Source: Candidatus Latescibacterota bacterium
Lineage (GTDB): Bacteria; Latescibacterota; UBA2968; GCA-2709665
Length of the DNA: 64,000 bases
Reading direction: 5' to 3'
NCBI GenBank assembly: GCA_965208835.1
Contig: OZ242358.1
Coordinates: forward strand, 1,856,001 to 1,920,000
Shown in pieces: positions 37,955-47,279 of this stretch. Every line of letters starts with the position of its first letter. The first letter of the stretch is position 1. A program made the translations under genes and the position numbers. The notes below the pieces were generated by a model. That model was given only the letters and a program-made list of their open reading frames with translations, made no database searches and was not told where the DNA came from.

Positions 37955-38824
37955 TCAACGACGGTTTTCTCCACTCCCGGATGAAGTCCGGCCGGCGGAT
38001 GCAATAACGGGTGCGATCTTGTCCGCAAAACGGATCAGGCTGTTGTCGTCCGGTTCGTAGCCGATGAGCTTGCGGGCGTTGGCGATGCTCCAGAAATTGT
38101 GGCTGTTTCCGCTGATGCCGTAGAAGATCTGAAAAGGGATGCCGTTTTCGTCTTCGATGTTTTCGGTTTCGATGCTCTTGACGAAAAGCTGGGTCTGGTC
38201 CCGTGCGCTCAGGTAGGCCCCGAGGCTGCGGTGCATGGCTGCCGGGTTTTCAGGCCTGAGGTTGTCGGCGACGTTTTCGCGAGGCCCGCCGATGCGCAGC
38301 TGGATATTCTGAAGCTTTCTTCCGTTTCCGACCCTGCCCGCGGCATAGGCGAACCCCAGCAGTTCGTACGCGGCCTTCGCCCAGCCGTAGAAGTTGTCGG
38401 ATAGCGGGCGCATTTCCGGTGTCACGAATTCCATGCGTCCGGACCAGATGAGCGTCTCGTAGAAGTCGGTGGCATGGTTGGAACTGATGACGATCACCCT
38501 GCGGACATTTTCTTCGAGGCAAGTCTGGTAGATGTTGTAGGCCATGGTGATATTGTCGGATTCCGCCCAGAACTGGTCTTCAGGTGCGTTCGCACGGGTG
38601 AAGCCGCAATGAATCACGGCGTCCGTGTCCGCGAAATGTCGCCGATACGCATTCCGGTCCCTGTTGAGAAGGTCGGTCTGGACGATACCCTCCACCTCGT
38701 TGCCGTTTCTGTCCGTCGTGCGGACGTCCAGAAGGCCCAGGTTGTAGCGCTCTCTGAGGGCAGGCAGACTCCGTCCGGCGATATACCCGGCCGCGCCGGT
38801 GATGACAACCCTGCGTTTCGCCAT
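37955..38824 (-). CDS. NAD-dependent epimerase/dehydratase
   Basis: ITGAAGYIA, SSNH, YGWAK, LRIG and YLSARD. Confidence 0.85.
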   Translation of the reverse strand: MAKRRVVITGAAGYIAGRSLPALRERYNLGLLDVRTTDRNGNEVEGIVQTDLLNRDRNAYRRHFADTDAVIHCGFTRANAPEDQFWAESDNITMAYNIYQTCLEENVRRVIVISSNHATDFYETLIWSGRMEFVTPEMRPLSDNFYGWAKAAYELLGFAYAAGRVGNGRKLQNIQLRIGGPRENVADNLRPENPAAMHRSLGAYLSARDQTQLFVKSIETENIEDENGIPFQIFYGISGNSHNFWSIANARKLIGYEPDDNSLIRFADKIAPVIASAGRTSSGSGENRR

Positions 38825-38835
38825 CGTAATTCTCG

Positions 38836-39597
38836 CTATGGCATTGGAAATGGTGCGGGGATGCGGGGATGATGCGTATATCGGTTCTCGCCGCGCATCA
38901 GAATGGGTCGCCAGTCCTGGCCGATCGAGTTGGATTCGACCTGTCTGGCTTCGGGCGGGATAAAGCGGACGGTAAGACCGCAACGCCGCCTGTTCGAGGT
39001 ATTGGGCATGCTCGCGTGGAAAAGCTGGCCGTGATGGACCGACATCTGGCCGGCGCTGAGTTCCAGGTCGATCGCACGGCTGGTGTCGACGAGTTCGTCC
39101 GGGATTTCCTGGTTGATGCTCAACAGATTCCCCTCCCGTTCCGACGTGCCGTGGGTGACGATCCCGCTCTCGTGGGAGCCCGGGATGACGCGCATGCAGC
39201 CGTTTTCAACGTCGCTGTCGTCGATGGCGATCCAGGCCGTATGCGCCAGCGGCGGCTTTAGACCCCAGTAGGTGACGTCCTGGTGCCACGCCACAAAGTG
39301 TTCTTCGTCCCCGGCAGGGTATTTGCAGAAAAAGTGCGTGGCCAGCAGAAGGATATCTTCACCCATGGCCTTTTCCATGACGTCCAGAAGGCGCGCGTCG
39401 GTGGCCAGCCGCCAGATGAATTCCTCGTCGAAGTGCCGGGACTGCAGGCCCACCTGGCAGACGTCTCTGCCCTCTCTGGCTTCGAGTTCGTCGAACTGTG
39501 ACCTGAATGCGCTGATCTCGGATTCGGAGAATACGTCGATTCGAGGCATTACGCCATTGACTTCGTAGGTTTCGCTCAGGTTTTCGACGGCGGGCAT
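38836..39597 (-). CDS. PhyH family dioxygenase
   Basis: VAWHQD, ENGCMRVIPGSH and LFHAS.PN.S..RR. Confidence 0.9.
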   Translation of the reverse strand: MPAVENLSETYEVNGVMPRIDVFSESEISAFRSQFDELEAREGRDVCQVGLQSRHFDEEFIWRLATDARLLDVMEKAMGEDILLLATHFFCKYPAGDEEHFVAWHQDVTYWGLKPPLAHTAWIAIDDSDVENGCMRVIPGSHESGIVTHGTSEREGNLLSINQEIPDELVDTSRAIDLELSAGQMSVHHGQLFHASMPNTSNRRRCGLTVRFIPPEARQVESNSIGQDWRPILMRGENRYTHHPRIPAPFPMP

Positions 39598-39822
39598 TGC
39601 GGCATCTCCGGTTCAAGACCGTCTTCAGGTCCAATGCAGGTCGCGGATAATCTACGGTGAACGCAGTGCCGGTGCAACCCGTTTCTGGTGCCGGCAGTGG
39701 ATCCCCCGCATGGGGATTGACAGGCCGAATCAGGCTGGGTATCATGCGAGACCGGGAACCATCTTCCACGCGCGAATGTCCCGGTTTGGATTGCGCCCGA
39801 ATTCGATGATCGGAGAGTTGAA

Positions 39823-40935
39823 ATGAAAATCACGCGTGTAACCGCAATGGTGCTGAGGCTGCCCCACGTCACCGATGCCTGCGACGGTACGCAGGATACC
39901 TGTCTGATCAAGGTCGAAACCGACGCCGGACTCACGGGTTGGGGAGAGGTGGATTCCTGTCCGACCGCGGTTAAGGCCGTCGTGGATGCGCCGCTGTCGC
40001 ACCAGATCTGCAACGGACTGGCAAACGCCCTTGACCATGAGGACCCGCTGGCGGTGGAAGCGTGTATGCAGCGAATGACGGACGCGGCGAACTACTATGG
40101 CGGTGACGGCGTGGGGCTGCACGCCATGGCGGGCGTCAATCAGGCGCTCTGGGATATCGCGGGCAGGGCCCGCGACGTGCCGGTCTACCGGCTTCTGGGC
40201 GGGCCATTCAGGAAGCGTTTCCGGGCGTATTGTTCGATTCTGTTCGGTGATTCACCGGCACAGACCGGAGAACTCGGACGGATGTTTGCTGGAGAGGGCT
40301 TTACGGCGGTCAAGTTCGGCTGGGGGCCGATGGGGGAGGACGAGGAGACCGATATCGCACTGGTACGGGAGGCGCGTCGAGGCGTCGGAGACGGGGTGGA
40401 CGTGCTGATCGACGCGGGACAGGTCTGGGACTGGAAGACAGCACTGAAGCGGGCTCGCCAGTTCGCTGAGTTCCGTCCGTTCTGGCTCGAGGAACCCCTG
40501 CATCCGTCCGACCTGCGCGGTTACGCTAAGCTGGCGGCGGAAAGCCCCGTACCCATAGCGGCGGGTGAAGCGGAGGCGAGGTTGGACGCATTCGAGCGAC
40601 TGGTGGCGGAAGCCGGGCTGGACTGGGTACAGCCTGACCCGGGACGGTGCGGTATTTCGACCATGGTGGAGGTTGGAAGGATGGCGCACCGCTGCCATGC
40701 AAGGGTCGTGAACCACAGTTTCAAGAGCGGGATAACAATCGCCGCGTCGCTTCACGCGCTCGCCGCGGTACCCGGCGGGGAGATGTTCGAGTATTGCATG
40801 TCGGAATCCCCGCTGCGCCACGAACTGACGCACGAACGCTTCGAAGTCGTCGACGGGCACGTGGCGGTGCCGGAGGGCCCCGGCCTTGGCGTGACGGTCA
40901 ACGAAGAGACGCTGGAGAAGTACCGGGTGGCATAG
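39823..40935 (+). CDS. Mandelate racemase/muconate lactonizing enzyme family protein
   Basis: GWGE, ALWDIAG, AVKFG, LIDAG, WLEEP, AGE and QPD. Confidence 0.9.
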   Translation: MKITRVTAMVLRLPHVTDACDGTQDTCLIKVETDAGLTGWGEVDSCPTAVKAVVDAPLSHQICNGLANALDHEDPLAVEACMQRMTDAANYYGGDGVGLHAMAGVNQALWDIAGRARDVPVYRLLGGPFRKRFRAYCSILFGDSPAQTGELGRMFAGEGFTAVKFGWGPMGEDEETDIALVREARRGVGDGVDVLIDAGQVWDWKTALKRARQFAEFRPFWLEEPLHPSDLRGYAKLAAESPVPIAAGEAEARLDAFERLVAEAGLDWVQPDPGRCGISTMVEVGRMAHRCHARVVNHSFKSGITIAASLHALAAVPGGEMFEYCMSESPLRHELTHERFEVVDGHVAVPEGPGLGVTVNEETLEKYRVA

Positions 40936-40946
40936 GAAATTTCGCC

Positions 40947-41843
40947 TTACCCGCTGGCGTCAACCCGGTTGTCGTCTCTAAGTTCCCTGACGAAGGCCGG
41001 ACTCATGGCGCCCTGTGCGACCTCCGCGACCGGTCCCTTCATGGTAAGGTGGAAACGTGGGTCCACGGCGACGTGGAGGGCGCCTCCCGGTGCGTTGACG
41101 GTTACCGGAGAAGTCACCAGCCCCATCCGGACGGCCGCGCTCGCCGCCGCGCAGGATGAGGACCCGGACGCCTGCGTCTCGCCGGCGCCGCGTTCCCAGA
41201 TGAGAATGAAGATCTCCTTAGGACCCGTGGGTACGGCCAGCTGCACGTTGATGCGATTGGGAAAGAGTTCGTGATACTCCAGGAGGGGGCCGAGTTCGAG
41301 CAGGTCGTCCCGCGACCAGGCCTCGTGTTGGGGTTTGAAGATGACGCAGTGCGGGTTTCCCACGCTCACGCCAGTGAACTTCAGTTCGCGCCCGGCGGCG
41401 GTTATCGGCCGATCGATAAGCTCGCCTCCCGGCAACGTGCATGGCAGCGCGCCGGGATTGAAGTCGGCCTGTCCCATCTCGACGGTCGCGAGGCTGGCAT
41501 CGCCGTGACGGTCCAGGTGCACCTGGATTTCAACGCGGCCGCCAATCGTGTCCACCGTGAAGTTACGCTTGCGCGTCCGGCGGGTGGCGTGGAGGAAGCG
41601 GGCGAAAATACGCAGGCCGTTGCCCGACTTTTCGGCCTCGCTTCCGTCGGGATTCAGGATGCGCAGGCCGAAGTCGGCTCCGTTTGCGGGTTCCAGGGTG
41701 AGGATGCCATCGCTGCCGATGCCGCGGTTGCGATCACAGATGGTGCGAATGTTCTCGGGCGTGAGTTCAAATTCCAGTTCGGCCGGATCCATGACGATGT
41801 AGTCGTTTCCGAGACCGTGGCCCTTATAGAAACCGTTTTTCAC
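40947..41843 (-). CDS. dapF: Diaminopimelate epimerase-like protein with Ser at both catalytic Cys positions
   Basis: KGHGLGNDY, GIGSDG, NPDGSEAEKSGNG, GNPH and WERGAGETQASGS. Confidence 0.85.
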   Translation of the reverse strand: MKNGFYKGHGLGNDYIVMDPAELEFELTPENIRTICDRNRGIGSDGILTLEPANGADFGLRILNPDGSEAEKSGNGLRIFARFLHATRRTRKRNFTVDTIGGRVEIQVHLDRHGDASLATVEMGQADFNPGALPCTLPGGELIDRPITAAGRELKFTGVSVGNPHCVIFKPQHEAWSRDDLLELGPLLEYHELFPNRINVQLAVPTGPKEIFILIWERGAGETQASGSSSCAAASAAVRMGLVTSPVTVNAPGGALHVAVDPRFHLTMKGPVAEVAQGAMSPAFVRELRDDNRVDASG

Positions 41844-41912
41844 AAATCCTCCGGGTAACGACAGGCGGGCGTTGGGTGCGGTAAGCCGGCATTTTCCGGA
41901 TGCGGCGGCCCG

Positions 41913-42064
41913 TAAACGCCCGTTGAAAAAACCCATCCGGTGTGCGGCAGGCCCTCGCGGTCTAAATACTGCGTTGCGCTCCCTCGCCGAATCGTTGGAT
42001 GGGACTCGGTGGCGCGCCTTGTCTTCGGCCTCGCCTGCAGAGCGACTTTATCAACGGACTGTTA
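41913..42064. mobile_element. MITE-like repeat family B, copy 2 (152 bp)
   Basis: Colinear with 14401..14552; ends TAAACGCCCGTTGAAAAA / TTTATCAACGGACTGTTA. Confidence 0.8.
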
Positions 42065-42067
42065 ACC

Positions 42068-43036
42068 TCACTTCCAGACAAGAACGACGCCCATCGTCTC
42101 GCCCAGGCGCGTATACAACAGGTCGAAAGCCTCTGCCGCATCCTGGAAGGGAAATCGGTGGGAGATCATCTCTTCTGCGCGGATCTTTCTTTGGGCAAGA
42201 AGCTGCAGGGCGCGGTCGGAACCTGAAGTGCGTTTGCCGCCGTCCGAATACCCGCCAACAATCCGCCGGCCCTGGATCTTTCCGGAGTCGAGCGGCAGGG
42301 GCTCGTCCTCATAAAGGCCGATAACCTGGATCAGGCCCCTTCGTTTCACCATATCCTGCGCCTGTGCGAACGCTGCCGCCCCCGCGCGCCCGCCCACCGC
42401 CTCCACCACGATTTCCACGCCCCCGCCGCCCGTCAGGCTCTTGACCGCCCTGACGGGATCTTCACGCGACGCATCCACCACGTGGTCCGCCCCCAGACGT
42501 CCGGCCAGTTCGCAACGGAGGGGCAGCGCGTCGACCGCGATCACCCGGGGATCCACTTCCGCGTTCAGCGTCTGCATGCAGATGGAGCCGACGAGGCCCT
42601 GACCCAGAATGGCCACCGTGTCTTCCTTGCGGGCCTCGATTTCCCGCATCCAGAGAACGGAACTGGTACTCAGCGGCCAGAACGTCGCGGCTTCCGAGGA
42701 GACCGCGTCCGGAAGATGCACAACCGGGGCCCGGTGGGGTGAGTCCACGACTTCGACGGCCACGTACTCCGCGTGCGGCGCAAGAGCCGCCACACGGTCG
42801 CCGATGGAGAAGCCGTCCACGCGGACGCCGACCTCGACAACGTCTCCCACGAACGAGTACCCCATGGCTTGATGGTCGATGGCTTCGGGACGGATGTAAC
42901 GCCGCCAGATCTCGGAACCGCGGCTGATCAGACTGCACTCCGCCCGGATCAGCACTTCCGTGGGCAAGACTTCAGGTACGGAGACATCCTCGATGACGAT
43001 ATTGTACTCGCCTTCCGGCTTTGCGACCCGTTTCAT
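42068..43036 (-). CDS. MDR-family (zinc-binding-like) dehydrogenase
   Basis: SLISRGSE, MGYS.VG, GQGLVG, VEAVG and ISHRF. Confidence 0.85.
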   Translation of the reverse strand: MKRVAKPEGEYNIVIEDVSVPEVLPTEVLIRAECSLISRGSEIWRRYIRPEAIDHQAMGYSFVGDVVEVGVRVDGFSIGDRVAALAPHAEYVAVEVVDSPHRAPVVHLPDAVSSEAATFWPLSTSSVLWMREIEARKEDTVAILGQGLVGSICMQTLNAEVDPRVIAVDALPLRCELAGRLGADHVVDASREDPVRAVKSLTGGGGVEIVVEAVGGRAGAAAFAQAQDMVKRRGLIQVIGLYEDEPLPLDSGKIQGRRIVGGYSDGGKRTSGSDRALQLLAQRKIRAEEMISHRFPFQDAAEAFDLLYTRLGETMGVVLVWK

Positions 43037-43148
43037 GATGGGGTTCCCTGATTTGGAGTAGTGGCGACTTGAGGCTCGGACATATCGGATAATGAGGATC
43101 GGAGCCGCCCAACCTGTGCTCTGCAGCCGGACGCAACGGAAGTACCGC

Positions 43149-43886
43149 TCAGTTAATCCGCGCGAGGTCCTGGATGTCGCGGCGAAATACCCATGTGCCC
43201 TCTCTTACATAGTGGATCGCGAATGCAAGCCGGGGCCTTCCCCTGGACCGGTTCGCGTATGAGCCGTGAATGGTTCTGCCGGTAAAGAAGACGCCCGATC
43301 CTCGCGGAACCGTAAGGAAAGTGAGTTCATCGCGGCTGACGCCGGCGACTTCGTGCGAGTGCATGGTTTCGGTCCACTTTCTGCCGTCGGGCGCCCGCAT
43401 GGCGTATTCTTTCACCCAGGAGGCATGTTCGCTGCCGTCTTGCGGGGGTCGGGTATTCCGGAGGGGGGCCAGGTGGCTGCCGGCGGCGACGCAAAGACCG
43501 CCGTTGTCCACGTCGGTATCGCTGAGTGCGAGCCAGCACGCCATAAGCGTGCCCGGTTCGTTCCGGATATAATGAGCGTCCTGGTGAAGCGCGATGCCGG
43601 CGCCGCCGCGCGGCGCCTTCGCCATGTACATGGTCTGGACGATCATTGGAGGTCCGTCCAGCAGTTGGGACGCGATGCCGGAGACACGGGGATGCGACGC
43701 CAGGTAACGCCACTGAGGGTCCGCGGTGTGCCTGCGCAGGCCGAGTTCAAGGACTTCCGGAGCCACCGTTTCCGCCTGCGCTTCCAGGAAGGTGTTGATT
43801 TCAGGCGGCGTCAGCAGGTCTGGAACCTGAACGAAACCGTCCATGCGGTACGCGGCCAATTGCTCCTTTGTCAGGAAGGGTCCCAT
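43149..43886 (-). CDS. PhyH family dioxygenase
   Basis: ALHQD, NGGLCVAAGSH and IHGSYANRS..R; start set to ATG 43886. Confidence 0.88.
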   Translation of the reverse strand: MGPFLTKEQLAAYRMDGFVQVPDLLTPPEINTFLEAQAETVAPEVLELGLRRHTADPQWRYLASHPRVSGIASQLLDGPPMIVQTMYMAKAPRGGAGIALHQDAHYIRNEPGTLMACWLALSDTDVDNGGLCVAAGSHLAPLRNTRPPQDGSEHASWVKEYAMRAPDGRKWTETMHSHEVAGVSRDELTFLTVPRGSGVFFTGRTIHGSYANRSRGRPRLAFAIHYVREGTWVFRRDIQDLARIN

Positions 43887-43897
43887 CGTGGCGCAGG

Positions 43898-44842
43898 TCA
43901 GGTGAGGTCGAACGGGTTGGACCAGGCTTTTGTACCGTCCACTCCGATGACTTCGAATCGGACCCACCGCGCGCCCGGCCGCAGCGTAAAGGTGGCGCTC
44001 GTGAAGGGTTTTCCGGATCCTCTGTATTCGGTTCCGAAAGTATCGCAAATCGCCAGGACACACAGGGATTCGGAGCATTCAAGGGTGGCTTCGACCGGTT
44101 GTTTCTCTCCTTCGTTTCTCTGAAGGGTGATGTTTCGAATCTCGGTGCCGGTACTCGAGTAGCTCGCGCCCCGTTCCAGCGCATCGAGAATGGCCCCCGG
44201 AGACCGTTCCTTCACGCGTGCCATGGTCCAACCGCCGTACGTGTCGCGGTTATCCGATTCGAGGGCGTGGGAGTCGTCGTTGGCCAGGGCGGGATACAAC
44301 CTGTTTTCCAGGTCCATCCAGTCGTCCCAGTGAACGCCGGATTCCCCCCGGCCCGCGCATCGGCACGTTGTGTTGAATACCTCCACGCCGGCGAATCCCG
44401 TGAGCGGCGCGGTGTCTCTCAGGATATTGACCGAACTCCAGTACGGGTGGGCCAGCCACGTGCTGCCTCCCTGGTCCCGGACAGCGTCGATCACGTGCTG
44501 AGGCGGCATGCGCTCCGAGTCGATGTCTTCGTGGACGTTCAGGCAGAGAAAATGGTGTTTCTGTCCGCCGAACGGATTGTCCGGGTGCAGTTCGGCGCCC
44601 TGAATGAGTACAAAGTCGTCCGGACGAGCCACGGAATCGATTCGGGTGATCCTGTAGTGGTCCGAGAGACAGAGAAAGTCGTACCCCTGGCCGACGTACC
44701 CGTCCAGGCGTTCCTGGGGCGACGCTCTGCCGTCGGAGTTCGTCGTGTGGGAGTGGAGGTTGCCTTTCAGCCAGACGTAACCGTCGTCGGCATCCAGGCT
44801 GAATGGATTCACGAGGTCGTGCCGCGGCGCGTTTTCAGCCAT
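43898..44842 (-). CDS. PHP-domain (CehA/McbA-like) metallohydrolase
   Basis: WLKGNLHSHTTNSDG, LSDH, LAHP, EVFN and DDSH. Confidence 0.85.
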   Translation of the reverse strand: MAENAPRHDLVNPFSLDADDGYVWLKGNLHSHTTNSDGRASPQERLDGYVGQGYDFLCLSDHYRITRIDSVARPDDFVLIQGAELHPDNPFGGQKHHFLCLNVHEDIDSERMPPQHVIDAVRDQGGSTWLAHPYWSSVNILRDTAPLTGFAGVEVFNTTCRCAGRGESGVHWDDWMDLENRLYPALANDDSHALESDNRDTYGGWTMARVKERSPGAILDALERGASYSSTGTEIRNITLQRNEGEKQPVEATLECSESLCVLAICDTFGTEYRGSGKPFTSATFTLRPGARWVRFEVIGVDGTKAWSNPFDLT

Positions 44843-44920
44843 GGAGGTTCTCCGTTGAGGATTTCAGATGATGTAATCATGGCGGATTTCGTGTATCGCT
44901 CGGTGAAACTGCTCGTCGCG

Positions 44921-46090
44921 TCAGGTCCGGTCTACAATCGATGGCAGATGGGTTACCGGACAGGCACGCGCCCCCTTGACGTCGTAACCCATGTCCTTTA
45001 AGATGCAGCTGATCTGGGATTCGAGCTTGAGGAGATATTCCCTTTCCTCGTCGCTCATGGTCTGCCGTGGCGGGCCGACGTCGAAGCCGCGGACGGCAAC
45101 GCCGGTCTTGAAGCCCTCGGGGAAGTTCACACCCAGCAGCATGAGGTTGATGAGGTCCAGGATTCGGTATTGCATGTTGCGCGCGTCCTCGATATCCCCC
45201 GCCAGCGTCTTTTCGTAAATATCCACGATGACTTCGGGAATGATGCCGGAAGTCGCGATCGTGCCGCCGCTGGCGCCCATCATGATGGAAGGGCAGAGGA
45301 TTTCCTCGCATCCCACAAGGACCACATAGTCCGGGCGCTGTGCGCGCAGTCGATGCATGGTGTTGATCAGCCTGGGCATGTCCCTGCTGGAATCCTTCGT
45401 GCCCATAATGCGATCGAACGGCAGCAACTGCTCCATGATTTCCAGCGTAAGTTCCTGCGTGAACTGGGGGATATTGTACAACAGGACGTCGAGAGGGGTC
45501 TGTCTTGCGATTTCGGCAAAGTACTCGAAGAGGCTGGTGTCCGAGATCTCGTAATAGTAGGGGGGAACCAGAGAGATGGCGTCGACGTCGATGCCCGCGT
45601 AATATTCGCTCATTCTAAGTACGTCGCGGAGGTTGGCTTCGCTGGCGCCGGCCAGAACGGGCACGCGCCCCTGGTTGACGTTCGTGACGAGGCGCACGAC
45701 CTCCTTGCGCTCGTCGCTGGACAGGCGCACGAATTCGCCGGTGCTGCCATTGGGGTACAACCCGTGGATGCCGGCTTCGATGAGCCAGTTGACGTAGCGC
45801 TCCATCTCCCTGTAGTTGATGCGGTCATTGCTGTCGAAAATGACGATGTTAGGGCAGAAGATGCCCTTGAATTCCCGTCTGGCGCCGGGGTTGCGGCGCG
45901 GGGACGGCGTTGTCGTCTGCCGGCCGCCGGTTGCCGCCTCTTTTCTGGAAACCTCTACCCGGTTGGCCGCCAGGTAGTCCAGAGCCAGCGGCGTCAGCTT
46001 CGCCCTCGGGCAGATTTCGACCTCTCGCCCTGTGCCCAGCTTTTCCTTGAGCAGCTGTTCGGTAACCACCGGATCGTCAATACGGACCAT
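44921..46090 (-). CDS. DapA/NAL-family Schiff-base aldolase with N-terminal BMC-associated domain and C-terminal amphipathic tail
   Basis: GSTGE, LYNIP and GTKDSS; N-terminal VVTEQ..LTPLALDYL segment; directly downstream of the BMC genes. Confidence 0.85.
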   Translation of the reverse strand: MVRIDDPVVTEQLLKEKLGTGREVEICPRAKLTPLALDYLAANRVEVSRKEAATGGRQTTTPSPRRNPGARREFKGIFCPNIVIFDSNDRINYREMERYVNWLIEAGIHGLYPNGSTGEFVRLSSDERKEVVRLVTNVNQGRVPVLAGASEANLRDVLRMSEYYAGIDVDAISLVPPYYYEISDTSLFEYFAEIARQTPLDVLLYNIPQFTQELTLEIMEQLLPFDRIMGTKDSSRDMPRLINTMHRLRAQRPDYVVLVGCEEILCPSIMMGASGGTIATSGIIPEVIVDIYEKTLAGDIEDARNMQYRILDLINLMLLGVNFPEGFKTGVAVRGFDVGPPRQTMSDEEREYLLKLESQISCILKDMGYDVKGARACPVTHLPSIVDRT

Positions 46091-46110
46091 CAATCTCCTC
46101 GGGCGGCCGA

Positions 46111-47271
46111 TCAGTGTATCAGCCGTTCTTCCAGTGCGGGAAACGGGTGGGGAATAAGATGGGCGGACACCAGTTCGCCGTACCTCTCCGCTTCTGCGGC
46201 GCCGACGTTCAGGGCGGCGCGCACCGCGCCGACGTCTCCCCTGACAACGCTTGCAGTGAGAAAGTACCCGACCTTGTACCGGCCCTCGTATTCCACGTCT
46301 GCGGACTTCAGCATCTGATCCACGGCCTTGACCAGGGCCACGGTGCTGCGCGTTTCGATCAGCCCCATCGCCTGATTGCGGCTCGTGGCATTCCTGGACA
46401 GGCTCCCGCCAAAACAGGCCATGACTTCGGAAGATGGACGGGAAACGACACAGGATGCATTCAATTCCCCGGCTTCCCGCGCGCCATCGACGCCGGCTTC
46501 CACGGCAGCCTGGACGGCGTCAAGGGCGCCACTCACCAGCGCGTCGACCCGGCCTCCGCTGGCGATGACGAGGCGCACGAGGTCAACGTCGGCCGCCTTG
46601 ACCATCGCGTCGGACCCGCCGACAGCGCTCACATAGCCCGTTGTTTCAAGAATACCCAGCGCGCCGATGTCTGCCTGCGGAGCGTTCGATTTCGGCGTAT
46701 CGGGGAGCATTGGCGCGATGCCCGGCTCAGGGCTCGGAATCGCCAGGGTCGCGTAAACTTCCCCTACCTCATCCGCACACGCGATTCCGGCCTGCAGGGC
46801 AGCCTGGACCGATGAAATATCGCCCCGAACCACAAGATGAACCAGCGCACCGCCGACGGACGTCCAGCCTGCGACGTGGACGGGCGCGCTCTTGACCATG
46901 GCGTCGGCGCCACGGATGAGGGGTACCATGCCACGCGTTTCGAGGATGCCCATTGCCTGCGCGCCAACCGGTCTTGCCGTACCCGCGTCCGCCCTGTGCG
47001 GCATGGATTCGAGGGCGCCCGGGGCAGGCCCCGCGATGACGTCCGCGGTAATCAGGTCACCGTGGTTCCCGGCCTCGGACCGCCCGACCCGAAGGGCGGC
47101 CTCCACGTCCGAAACGGCGCCTTCGATCACAACGGTCAGCCAGCCGGAACCCACGCCGTGACGCCCCAGAACCCGGACGTCCACGGTCTTCAGCATGGCG
47201 TCGAGCGCCGCGACAAGCGCGGTCATGCCGCGGGTCTCCAGAATTCCCAGGGCATGGTTTCCTGCGGCCAC
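46111..47271 (-). CDS. Bacterial microcompartment shell protein with four tandem BMC domains
   Basis: Four repeats of A(L/M)G(I/L)(L/I)ET...D(A/Q)M(L/V)K...V.G....V.AA...G, each about 95 aa. Confidence 0.9.
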   Translation of the reverse strand: MAAGNHALGILETRGMTALVAALDAMLKTVDVRVLGRHGVGSGWLTVVIEGAVSDVEAALRVGRSEAGNHGDLITADVIAGPAPGALESMPHRADAGTARPVGAQAMGILETRGMVPLIRGADAMVKSAPVHVAGWTSVGGALVHLVVRGDISSVQAALQAGIACADEVGEVYATLAIPSPEPGIAPMLPDTPKSNAPQADIGALGILETTGYVSAVGGSDAMVKAADVDLVRLVIASGGRVDALVSGALDAVQAAVEAGVDGAREAGELNASCVVSRPSSEVMACFGGSLSRNATSRNQAMGLIETRSTVALVKAVDQMLKSADVEYEGRYKVGYFLTASVVRGDVGAVRAALNVGAAEAERYGELVSAHLIPHPFPALEERLIH

Positions 47272-47279
47272 GGCGGCGC

